Source: Octopus bimaculoides
Taxonomy: Eukaryota
Assembly: GCF_001194135.2 (NCBI RefSeq)
Contig: NC_068988.1
Location: forward strand, 39,095,887-39,131,244
DNA: 35,358 nucleotides
Direction: 5' to 3'
The notes under the pieces were generated by a model. That model ran no database searches. It worked only from the letters and a program-made list of their open reading frames with translations, and was not told where the DNA came from. Below are positions 23,743 to 34,660 of the stretch, piece by piece (position 1 is the first letter of the stretch; each line of letters begins with the position of its first letter). A program made the translations under genes and the position numbers.

Positions 23743-24314
23743 TATCTTTTCTGTTTGGCTGCCACTTTTGAATTTCTTTAATATTGTTCCAGTTCATTTC
23801 AAACTTGGTGTATTAGTGTACTTTTGTAAATTCATTATTGACATGAAATTCATTTTCGGCCTTAAATCAAGAAACAGTTAATAGCTTTTGAAGTTTTCAA
23901 ATTTTGGTTGATTTTAGCCAATCAAAACCTGTAGACATATAGTTGCCTGTTTCCAGAGTAACAAGCCAAGCGTTGGGACCTCTCCTGTATAGACCACACA
24001 TGTTTACAAAAAATATTTCATTGATTTACAGTTTGTTTTTTCTACTCTTAAAACTACAAAATGTAGATTTTTAGGATTAAATGCATATTGAATGCTTAAA
24101 ACTACAAAATATGTGTTGCATATTACGATAGCTTCCAAATCCGGCTTTCGGACTGAGTAAAAATTCTCATTCTTCAAATCTCTGTAACCTTTTTTTCAAA
24201 CATTTTTCTGGCACAAGTGAATTACGCCCCGAGATTCAGTATATCAATACACTAAATTTTGAAATTCTCACTTAATTTTAAAATTTCAAGAAGTGCAGCC
24301 AAATAGAAAGGATC
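23743..24314. mobile_element. MITE-like fold-back element with long imperfect TIRs
   Basis: Left tatcttttctgtttggctgccacttttgaattt...atttcaaacttggtgtattagtgtact matches the reverse complement of the right end, gatcctttctatttggctgcacttcttgaaatt...atttcaaaatttagtgtattgatatact. Confidence 0.65.
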
Positions 24315-24317
24315 ATT

Positions 24318-24417
24318 GTTCGGTCAATCCACCTTACCGTTCGGTCAATCCACCTTACCGTTCGGTCAATCCACCTTACCGTTCGGTCAATCCACCTTAC
24401 CGTTCGGTCAATCCACC
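24318..24417 (+). repeat. 21-bp minisatellite gttcggtcaatccaccttacc: 4 perfect units plus a 16-bp partial unit
   Basis: Units start at 24318, 24339, 24360, 24381 and 24402, with no spacers and no mismatches. Confidence 0.98.
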
Positions 24418-24568
24418 ATACTGGAAAGGAGATAAACAAAGTGAACTTAAAAAGAATTTGTAGACATCAAATGGTGTACGACATATCCTCAGCTCTAATA
24501 ACTTGGTCAAATCGTCTCTGGACGAAATTGAGAATTAAAATAAGAAAATATTTCTAAGATGTGAACAT

Positions 24569-24705
24569 ATAGGCGCAGGAGTGGTTGTGTGGTAAGTAGC
24601 TTGCTTACCAACCACATGGTTCCAAGGTGCCACGCAGTGGGAATGAACCCAGAACCATGTGGTTGGTAAGCAAGCTACTTACTACACAGCCACTTCTGCG
24701 CCTAT
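24569..24705. mobile_element. Two family D SINE heads fused in inverted orientation (palindrome)
   Basis: Arms 24569-24622 and 24652-24705 are reverse complements with 3 differences in 54 bp. Confidence 0.93.
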
Positions 24706-25957
24706 GTGTATATGTATATATATATTCATGCCTAACTCATTTGATCGGTTAATATTTGTCCAACCGTAGCTAAGCCAAGACATTTTAAAACAATAGATAA
24801 CCAATAAGATGAGGGGACTGAACAGCAAAAATAGCCCCTCCCCACAACCAGCAAGATTCCAACGACTCCATAAACCAAAAAATAACGGAGGAACTCATCA
24901 CAGGTTTATAGAAGTTTGGATATTATTGTTAGAATTCTCACGAAATAATTGTATAAATTCCTCCATTACAAACATAACTGATACGTGCGTANNNNNNNNN
25001 NATATATATGTACCAAGGAACATGTCTGTACGGAAATGTTTATGTATACATATGTGTATGTATGTATGTGTGGGTGGGTATATACACGAGTCCTCCTCAT
25101 CTATACTAGCAATAATAATTGACTCATTTGTGTGCATGTATGGACGTTTGTGTATGTACATTTAAATGTACATATATGTATTTATGTATGTATGTGTATT
25201 TATGTATATCTATGTATATGTTAAAGTATGAATATATATGTGAGTTTTTAAAGATTTTATATTTTTATATTTGGATATTTTAAATTAACCTTATGAACTT
25301 TATAAAATCTCGGAAGAGGCCTAGAGAATCATCTATGTACCTCCATTTCATCTATTAATTACTTCAGCCTACTTGAGTTATATAAATAGAATGAAGCATG
25401 TCGCCGCTAGACAGAAACAGCTGTAAGTCATTATCCCATTCTCTATCACTATATGTCCTTTTTTAATTACTGATATGACATAATATCTGGCATGTGTTTG
25501 TATATTGTTATTATTGTCCTTTTAGTGAACAAATAAACAAGTAAATTGACACAATACAGTGTCTGCAAGTTGATGAATACCATCTATTCCCCTCCATTTT
25601 CTTATTGCTATATATTTACACACACACACACACATACACATACACACTATATATATATATATNNNNNNNNNNNNNNNNNNNNNNNNNNNNNNNNNNNNNN
25701 NNNNNNNNNNNNNNNNNNNNNNNNNNNNNNNNNNNNNNNNNNNNNNNNNNNNNNNNNNNNNNNNNNNNNNNNNNNNNNNNNNNNNNNNNNNNNNNNNNNN
25801 NNNNNNNNNNNNNNNNNNNNNNNNNNNNNNNNNNNNNNNNNNNNNNNNNNNNNNNNNNNNNNNNNNNNNNNNNNNNNNNNNNNNNNNNNNNNNNNNNNNN
25901 NNNNNNNNNNNNNNNNNNNNNNNNNNNNNNNNNNNNNGTGTGTGTGTGTGTGTGTGT

Positions 25958-26265
25958 GTGGAGGTACAATAGCCCAGTGGTTAGGGCAGTAGACTCGCGG
26001 TCGGAGGATCGCGGTTTCGATTCCCAGACTGGACGTTGTGAGTGTTTATTGAGCGAAAAACACCTAAAGCTCCACAAGGCTCCGGCAGGGGGTGATGGCG
26101 ATCCCTGTTGTACTCTTTCGTCCCAACTTTCTCTCACTCTTTCTTCCTGTTTCTTGAGTAACGCTGCGATGGACTGGCGTCCCGTCCAGCTGGAGGGAAC
26201 ACATACACCATAGAAACTGGGAAACCAGGCCCATAAGCATGGCTAGATTTTAGAAGGGCGCATAA
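25958..26265 (+). mobile_element. SINE with family C head/body and an alternative tail
   Basis: Head gtggaggtacaatagcccagtggttagggcag...gtttcgattccc and C body run to ttcctgtttct (26154). The sequence then continues tgagtaacgctgcgatggactggcgtcccgtccag...aagggcgcat instead of the C tail. Confidence 0.88.
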
Positions 26266-26309
26266 ATAAAATAATATATATATATATATATGTGTGTGTG
26301 TATAAGGAG

Positions 26310-27510
26310 GCAGAACTACGAGAAAATGGCAGTATCCAAGATATAGGTTACATAAATTGGAAAACTAGTTAGAGTAAGACGCGTATCCAGCGTTGGCTTT
26401 GTAATAAGAAAATAGTAATTTACCTACATTAGACATAGAACAAGGTCATATTTATTTAAAATTTTGGCACAAGGTCAGCAATTGCAGCGGAGTTGGTAAG
26501 CCGATTACATCGATCCCAGTGTTTAACTTGTACCTATTTTATCAACCCCGAAAGGATGAAAGGCAAAGTCGACTTCAGCGGAATTTGAACTCAGTACCTA
26601 AAGATGGACGAAATGCTACCAAGCATTTTGCCCGGCGTGCTTAACGATCTTATCAGCTCACCGCCTAAGAAATTAGCTAATATTAATGAGAGAATCATAA
26701 GCTTATATCATAAAGAGATAGCCTTAAAAGTTTCCATTGGGGGTAAATTCAATGCCACTTTGGTGAATATTGATGATCCTACGACGATGAAGACTAGCGA
26801 AGTAAAAGAAGAGTTGTACAACACCTTCAGCTGTATATCCCAGAACGAAAAGTAAATAGTATATTAGGTGACTTCGATGTTCACGTATGGCAAGATGTAA
26901 GGAATTAATCTAGTACTACTTGATAAACATAATTCGGGGAGATGAACATAAACGGGTACTTTACGCGTTCTGTTCTAAGCCAGTGACTCGTCATTACCAG
27001 TACTCGAGCTAAAAGCCTTTGTTTGTTTCGGTAACATACATAGCTTCTACACCAGGCTGCCTATAGCGGTCGAGTGTTCATCATTGATAAAACCAAACAA
27101 AGTCGTAATCACGTGATATGGTGGCCTCGACGCCGGAGGTAACGGAGATTTATCTCTTTGCTAGCGACATAAACAACCGTACATTTTGCACCAAAAAGCC
27201 AATATGGGATCTTCTCTCATGATAACTACTGCAGTATAGTTTGTTCTAATGGAACATCCACGTTCAAGTGAGGATAAATATTAGCAAATTATCAAACTGA
27301 GAGGTATATTCGGCAATCAGAACAGGAATGTCTCTCTCAAGTGAGGTCAATTAATTTAAGAACAAAGTTCCACACCCACACAAAAACAGAACCGCTTTGT
27401 TGAGTACTCCCAACAAAAACTCAATACAACAGAATATGACGAATAGAAAACACGATACATTAAACTACTCATGAATCAACGGATGATCCGATATTTAAAA
27501 GGAGTGTTGG
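26310..27510 (+). pseudogene. RTE-type LINE fossil (AP-endonuclease region and following linker), interrupted by an A SINE
   Basis: AELRENGSIQDIGY...VGFVIRK before the SINE. After it: SIGGKFNATLVNIDDPTTMKTSEVKEELYNTFSCISQNEK and a ILGDFDVHV-like motif (cf. YAPT...KEEFY...ILGDFNARVG). Heavily decayed. Confidence 0.7.
26452..26668 (-). mobile_element. SINE family A nested in the RTE fossil
   Basis: aaattttggcacaagg tail and atcaaccccgaaaggatgaaaggcaaagtcgacttcagcggaatttgaactc core. Confidence 0.9.
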
Positions 27511-27660
27511 TGGTAACAAAATCACTATAAGTGTTACGGACGGGAGCCACTCCTATAATTGTCTGTTTGTTTTCTGAGAACGTATGATTGAATGAATGCA
27601 CGTACGAATGTAAGTATGCATATATCTATATATGCATACATACAAGCACATATATATATG

Positions 27661-27698
<38 letters not shown>

Positions 27699-27708
27699 GG
27701 TATATAAA

Positions 27709-27795
27709 GAACATAACACAGCCCGGTCCGGGAATCGAACACACAACCTCATGATTGTTAACCCGACGCTCTAACCACAGCTATGCGCCTCCACA
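27709..27795 (-). mobile_element. Family B SINE head only
   Basis: Reverse complement gtggaggcgcatagctgtggttagagcgtcggg...catgaggttgtgtgttcgattcccggaccgggctgtgttatgttc. Confidence 0.85.
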
Positions 27796-28096
27796 TTTGC
27801 TTGTCTATATAAAATACATATATGTATGTTGTGGGTGTAGATAAACAGTTTTATGCTGGCAGGAGTTGATATGCAAGTTTGTAGGTGTTCTCTTACCTTT
27901 GTGTGTGTGTGTGTGTTTGTGTTCCTGTGTGTGTCGTGTTATGCAAAAGTATATAAATATGAACGTGGTAAAGGTTGTTTTAGTGTAAAGATAAACGTCG
28001 AGGATTCTTTGATATTTGGCATGCAACCAACTAGTACACTCCCCATTCCAAGAGAGGAAAGAGATTGCGATCGAAGCACGCTTGTATCCGATAACC

Positions 28097-28946
28097 ACAC
28101 ACACACACACACACACGCACAGCACATACATATATACATATATAGATATAGATACACATATATTCATACTCTATATATAAGAGAGTGAGAGGGAGAGAGA
28201 TTAATTAAGAGATGTGTATATATTAATATATATGTATATATATATGCATATATAAATATACATCTCTCTCTTTCTCACTCTCTCTCTCTCTGTCTCTCAC
28301 TCATTCTCTCTCTGTCTCTGTCTCTCACTCATTCTCTCTCTCTCTCTCTCTNNNNNNNNNNNNNNNNNNNNNNNNNNNNNNNNNNNNNNNNNNNNNNNNN
28401 NNNNNNNNNNNNNNNNNNNNNNNNNNNNNNNNNNNNNNNNNNNNNNNNNNNNNNNNNNNNNNNNNNNNNNNNNNNNNNNNNNNNNNNNNNNNNNNNNNNN
28501 NNNNNNNNNNNNNNNNNNNNNNNNNNNNNNNNNNNNNNNNNNNNNNNNNNNNNNNNNNNNNNNNNNNNNNNNNNNNNNNNNNNNNNNNNNNNNNNNNNNN
28601 NNNNNNNNNNNNNNNNNNNNNNNNNNNNNNNNNNNNNNNNNNNNNNNNNNNNNNNNNNNNNNNNNNNNNNNNNNNNNNNNNNNNNNNNNNNNNNNNNNNN
28701 NNNNNNNNNNNNNNNNNNNNNNNNNNNNNNNNNNNNNNNNNNNNNNNNNNNNNNNNNNNNNNNNNNNNNNNNNNNNNNNATATATATTCAACTACATATA
28801 CATATATATACGTGCTTACATATATACATATACACAACATGTATATTGACGAATGTACTTTATTTTGCTCAATGGTATACTTAGTAGGTTTTGGGGAACT
28901 TACTTTATACATGAAGCATGTTTATGTATTTTGAAGTACACACACG

Positions 28947-29009
<63 letters not shown>

Positions 29010-29032
29010 ATACACACACACAAACGGACACA
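28097..29032. repeat. (CA)/(TA)/(CT) microsatellite block around a gap
   Basis: Direct reading. Confidence 0.9.
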
Positions 29033-29039
29033 CACATTA

Positions 29040-29185
29040 TATTACTTTTTACCTGTTTAAGTCATTAGACCTAGGTCATGCTAGGGTACCACCCTGAAGA
29101 ATTTTAGTCGAATGAATCGACCCTAGTACTTATTTTTTTTTTAAGCTTGTACTTATTCTAGCGATATCTATTGCCGAACCGCTAT
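29040..29185 (-). mobile_element. Family E fragment
   Basis: Reverse complement matches 520-655. Confidence 0.6.
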
Positions 29186-29439
29186 GGAGAATTATAGACT
29201 CTGGGCTTAGCAACATTATCTTGATAGACAACTTACAGGAGTAGGATATCAAGCCATTCGAAGAACTTCTATGTTGTCACATGGCTTGCTAGAAGAAGCA
29301 GCCTAATATTCCTCAATTCACAGCAATACAAAGACATTGGAATATTTAATCCGAGATATCCCTACAATCTGAGCAGATATGGAGTTACGCATATGCTTGA
29401 AGATCTCTTGGCATTCCTCTACGATACCATTAGTTTTGA

Positions 29440-29625
29440 GACACATCGCAATCATTACCAGTACCACTACACCAGAACTGTTACCAACACCACCGTCACC
29501 ATTATCACCACACTTACCAGCATAGTTATTTTTATTTGCCCCAATACCACCATTAACATATGACACTACTATCACAACTATCACTACCACCAACATCGCC
29601 TCCATCAAATATACCACTGATAACA
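29440..29625. repeat. Decayed (CAC/CAT/ACC)n low-complexity tract
   Basis: Triplet periodicity such as accaccgtcaccattatcaccac and atcactaccaccaacatc. Confidence 0.7.
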
Positions 29626-30570
29626 TCAGCTCTAAGGATGTTTACGCGCCATGGAAACCGTGCCAAGTTGTATGATCTCATAGAAATCACACCCTACCTT
29701 CTTAGAAAACGGAAGGACATGCAATGTATGTAGAACTGGATCATACATTGCGTTAAGAAAAAGAAAAAGGGGGTGGGGGATGGCTTAGTTTTGAATTTCT
29801 TTGTTCCTATTTCTGCTAAGTCAAAGCCAGCTTCGAGCAAAACAGACGATGACAGCAAAGAAAAACAACAGCATCGTTGCCACCGTCTAATCTATTGGAA
29901 GTGAGAATCTCTTAGTCCAGGATTATCTCTTTGTTCGACCATATGTATATTACAAATCAGTTCGCTTAAAAATAAAGTCAAAGCGAGAAAGTTTACCCGC
30001 CTAGTTCGATGCTAGCTCACGTTTATTTCATTTTCACTGCACATCCCCAATAATTCGTTTCCCCTTCTCTATAGCTAACAAAGTTAAAAAACATTAATCA
30101 TCGCTAAATACTTTCCGATCACAAAAGGTCAAGCAACTGCCTCTGCGTTTATTGCATTAATGCGTGGGAGGAAGTAATGTTTGTGAGATGTCTTCGACCC
30201 TATGACATGTGCGGATACCGTTCTTGTTTGATGTGATAAACATCCTAGAGCAGGAAATATTCAGCTGTCGGCAACACCAATGACCGGGTTTTTCATCGTG
30301 ATATGCAGCCAAAGACGGAAGCTCTACGGCCAACAATTACCAACCTTTTGAAACTCAGCTACCTACCACTAATGGTCGTTTACAAACGCCCCTCCCATTA
30401 TCTGAAAGAACGAAACTCAAAATCAAACAAAACAAAAACATAAAACAGCCCTAAACATGAATTTATTTTAACCAAACAGAAATCCATTTTGTGCAGTGTT
30501 TCATTAATCTCATTCTTATTTATTATCTAATCCTTAATGAAAACCTTTTTACATACATGTGTAGACTAGA

Positions 30571-30913
30571 GTAAGGGGTAAAGACCCCCTTCAGTCATGA
30601 ATAACAATGGGATGCCACCCAGAAAGTTCCCTTCTCAGGCACAAGCCTGGGCAAGGTTGTTTTATGGAAGACTAGCCCATGCATACCAGCCTCTCCTCTC
30701 CACGCCACCGATGTTATCCCATAGAAAGGCAAAGGAGCCGATACAGCTTGGCACCAGTGACGTCGCAAATCATTTCTACAGCTGAATGCGATGGAGCAAC
30801 GTGAAATAAATTGCATTGCTCAAGAACAAAACATACAGCCCGGTCCGGGAATCAAACTCATTACCTTATGACTGTGAGCCGGACGCTCTAATCACTGAGC
30901 CATGCGTCTTCAC
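30571..30913 (-). mobile_element. Family B SINE, full length
   Basis: Reverse complement is colinear with 12858-13204. Confidence 0.9.
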
Positions 30914-30999
30914 ATAGACTTTGGGCTAGTATCCCCTTTGTTAATTTTTTATGGAAATAACTGTACAGAGAACATATGTAATATTTAGACATTCTGAGA

Positions 31000-31205
31000 T
31001 AAGATCTGCAATTTTAGTGGGGATGGAAAGTCAATCGATTACATCAAGTCCAATAAAAGGTCAGTTAGTACTTTATCAATACCGAAAGGATGAGAGGTAA
31101 AATCGATCTCGTCGGAATTTGATCTCAGGATCTAAAGATCCAAAATAAATGCCAAGCAGCATTTCGTCCGAAACGGTAACAATTTTCCCTAAGCGCCACC
31201 TTCAG
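31000..31205 (-). mobile_element. SINE family A, diverged
   Basis: ccgaaaggatgagaggtaaaatcgatctcgtcggaatttgatctcagg core. Confidence 0.75.
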
Positions 31206-31904
31206 GACTTATAATGAAATTATGATGGACCATGGTACAGCATCAGCCATGTTTTCTGATCATTAATAACACAATACTCTCTTGTAAGCTTACTATTTTC
31301 TCCCCAAGCGGCTGTTACCACCCACTTTAAGAACTACTGCTCTGCTCGGTCGCTTGACCTACTAGAAGTAGCTGATAATCTCTCTCAAATCAAAATCCTA
31401 CTGTCATTTAAAAAAAAGTGGGGAAACACTGGATAATTTAATCCTTGATATTCAGTAATAGAATGGTCATAGGCAGAATGTCTTTGACGACAAATCTGGT
31501 CGATCAGGGTCGATGTGGGGACTAAACGACATCAATAACAGCCAAGTGACGAATCCCTATGAGGCAGCCACGATGTGGTGGCGCCATGTGTTAAATATCC
31601 CTCATTTCCCACTAAATAAAGAGAGGGTACATAAGATTATTTGGACGTATATACCTCTACAATACGATTTCTATGATTGGAATATTTGACCAGAACTCAC
31701 CGGGGTAGGAGTAGTGAACAATGATAACAACAAAAGCAGCAGCAACTGCAAAAACACCTTGCATCTTAACTTCTCAACTCGTATTGTATCAAGTAATAAT
31801 CAGTTTTATTAGATTGGACACAACCATAATTGATGCTGGAAGTCAAGATACTTTAATTAGTAAATTACTGCAAAAGTAATAAAGAGAATCTGTTATTTAA
31901 ATAA

Positions 31905-32088
31905 CTAAAGTGGTGGGATGGTACAATAGTTAGTGCTTTGAACAAAATGCTTAGCGGAATTTCTTTCGGCTCGACGAGGTCATCTTCACTTTTCACCTTT
32001 CCGGGGTTGGTAAAATAAAGTATCAGTCAAGAGCTGGTGTACGTGAAATCGGCTAAGCCCATCCCCCCAGACTTGCTGGCCTTGCGCC
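31905..32088 (+). mobile_element. SINE family A, diverged and deleted
   Basis: aaatgcttagcggaatttc...gaggtcatcttcacttttcacctttccgggg...ttgctggccttgcgcca. Confidence 0.7.
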
Positions 32089-32440
32089 AGGGTTCAGTAC
32101 TAATACGTGGCACCTTGGGCGGGAGTCTTCTACTATAGCTTCGGGTGGACCCAGGCCTAATGAGTGGATTTGGTAGACGGAAACTGTAAGGCAGCGAGCT
32201 GACAGAAACATTAGCACGCCGGGCGAAATGCTTAGCGGTACTTCGTCTGTCTTTACGTTCTGAGTTCAAATTCCGCCGAGGTCGACTTTGCCTTTCATCC
32301 TTTCGGGGTCGATAAATTAAGTACCAGTTACGCACTGGGAGTCGATGTAATCGACTTAATCCCTCTGTCTGTCCTTGTTTGTCCCCTCTATGTTTAGCCC
32401 CTTGTGGGCAATAAAGAAATAGGAAACTGTAAGAAGCCCG
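32089..32440 (+). mobile_element. Family D 3' half with a nested family A copy (32191-32421, tail type 3) flanked by a 12-bp TSD
   Basis: ggaaactgtaag at 32179-32190 and 32422-32433. The D tail resumes as aagcccg after the second copy. Confidence 0.9.
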
Positions 32441-32747
32441 NNNNNNNNNNNNNNNNNNNNNNNNNNNNNNNNNNNNNNNNNNNNNNNNNNNNNNNNNNNN
32501 NNNNNNNNNNNNNNNNNNNNNNNNNNNNNNNNNNNNNNNNNNNNNNNNNNNNNNNNNNNNNNNNNNNNNNNNNNNNNNNNNNNNNNNNNNNNNNNNNNNN
32601 NNNNNNNNNNNNNNNNNNNNNNNNNNNNNNNNNNNNNNNNNNNNNNNNNNNNNNNNNNNNNNNNNNNNNNNNNNNNNNNNNNNNNNNNNNNNNNNNNNNN
32701 NNNNNNNNNNNNNNNNNNNNNNNNNNNNNNNNNNNNNNNNNNNNNNN

Positions 32748-33360
32748 TAAGGCAGCGAGCTGACAGAAACATTAGCACGCCGGGCGAAATGCTTAGCGGT
32801 ACTTCGTCTGTCTTTACGTTCTGAGTTCAAATTCCGCCGAGGTCGACTTTGCCTTTCATTCTTTCGGGGTCGATTAAATAACTACCAGTTACGCACTGGG
32901 GTCGATATAATCGACTTAATCCGTTTGTCTGTCCGTGTTTGTCCCCTCTGTGTGTAGCCCCTTGTGGGCAGTAAAGAAATAAGAAACGTTAGCAGGCCGG
33001 GCGAAATGCTTTGTGGCATTTCGTCTGTTTTCACGTTCTGAGTTCAAATTCCGTCGAGATCGACTTTACCGTTCATCCTTTCGGGGTCAATAAATTAAGT
33101 ACTAGTTGCATACTGGTGTCGATGTAATCGACTGGCCCCCTTCCACCAAATTTCGGGCCTTGTGCCTAGAGTAGAAAAGAATCGTTAGCGTGTCTAAGAA
33201 ACTGCTCAGCGGCATTTTTTTCAGATTTTTACGCTCTTTACATCCATTCGGTTGCGGGGGATCGATAAAATAAAGCTCCAATTGAACCCTGGGGGTCAAC
33301 GTAATCAACCAACTCACATTCAGCCAAATTGCTGACCCTGTTCAAAAAATTTGAAGCAAA
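32748..33360 (+). mobile_element. Three abutting family A copies with tail types 3, 2 and 1 (32748-32981, 32982-33180, ~33177-33360)
   Basis: Each copy has the A core or a degraded form of it. The second and third start at agaa.cgttagc inside the head. Confidence 0.85.
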
Positions 33361-33579
33361 TATCCGACTGATTTTGGGCAAGAAAGTCAAGGGAGACAAC
33401 CTCCAGAATTTAACTTGCTTAAAATTAATCAAAAATTAAAATGTAGTGAGAAGTGACTTTTATCTTTAGGACATTCGGTTACCATAGCAGCTTATGCAGT
33501 TATTTTATTTTATTTTTTTTTTGTCGGTGACCTAGTCCCAGTATTCTGATTTCTGATTTCAATTCTCAGTTTTAATTGT

Positions 33580-33792
33580 TTTAAAATGTTGGCACAAGAC
33601 CAGCAGTTCCGGGGTGGGAGTTAAGTCGATTACATTAATCCTTATGCTCAACTGGTATTTATTTGATCGACCCTGAAAAGAATGAAGGACAAAGTTGACC
33701 TTGGCGGAATTTGAGCTTAGAACGTAAAGAAGGAAGAAATGTCGCCAAACATTTTTTCCGGTGCCGTATAACGATTCTGCCAGCTCACCACT
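33580..33792 (-). mobile_element. SINE family A
   Basis: aaatgttggcacaagaccagca tail and aaagttgaccttggcggaatttgagc core. Confidence 0.85.
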
Positions 33793-34055
33793 TATTCTCA
33801 GATATAATTTACCACGTGATATTCATGTCAGTGAAACACATCAGGAAAGAAGCATGCTCACCGTCGCATTTCCGCTATCTTATGTCTACGAACATGGGCA
33901 TCTTAGGAAAGAAAACCGCAAAAACATGATTCCAATAATGGTAGATGCTGGTTTGAGATCGTAAAATACACGATCCGTCACTCAAGGGGTTTCCAGCCTT
34001 GACCCTTCCATCTTTTTTTTCTTTCAGACATAGTACATCTAATATTACATTAAAT

Positions 34056-34275
34056 AAAGGTGGCAAGCAGGCACAATCTTTACCACGTGGTGCAAAATCC
34101 TTAGCGTCATTTCGTCCGTCATTACGTTCTGAGTTCAAATTCCTCCGAGGTTGACTTTGTCTTTCATCCTTTCGAGGTCGTTAAAAAATAGGTGTCAGTT
34201 GAATACTGAGGTCGATGTAACCAACTTACTGTACTCTTCTAAAATTGCTGGACTTTTACCAAAATCTGAAACTAA
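34056..34275 (+). mobile_element. SINE family A
   Basis: ttctgagttcaaattcctccgaggttgactttgtctttcatcctttcgaggtcg core. Confidence 0.85.
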
Positions 34276-34371
34276 TTTTACATTAAATAGTAGAAAGTCC
34301 TACTGTGGGTGTGTAGCTTAAGTCCAATCAATCAACCCGTTTGTTATACTTTAATAAGCGTTAATGCTCCG

Positions 34372-34660
34372 GTGAAGGCGCGTGGATTAGTGGTTAGAGG
34401 TATTCGGCTCATGATCGTAAGGTCATGAGTTCAATTCCTGGCGACGCGTTGTGTCCTTGGGCAAGACACATTATTCCACATTGCTCTAGTCCACTCAGCT
34501 GGCAAAGATGGTTTGTACCTGTATTTCAAAAGTCCAGCCCTGTCAGATTCTGTGTCACGCTGAATCCCCTCAGAACTACACGCGTCTGTGGAGTGCTCAA
34601 CCACTTGCACGTTAATTTCACGAGCAAGCTGTTCGATGTAACTGGTACCCACGTTGTCAC
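34372..34660 (+). mobile_element. SINE family G
   Basis: gtgaaggcgcgtggattagtggttagag head, tgtccttgggcaagacac body and C-type tail from ~34511. Confidence 0.88.

Noticed and set aside
24318-24417. Regular 21-bp repeat as a CRISPR array
   Set aside because: There are no spacers, no cas genes, and the context is eukaryotic.
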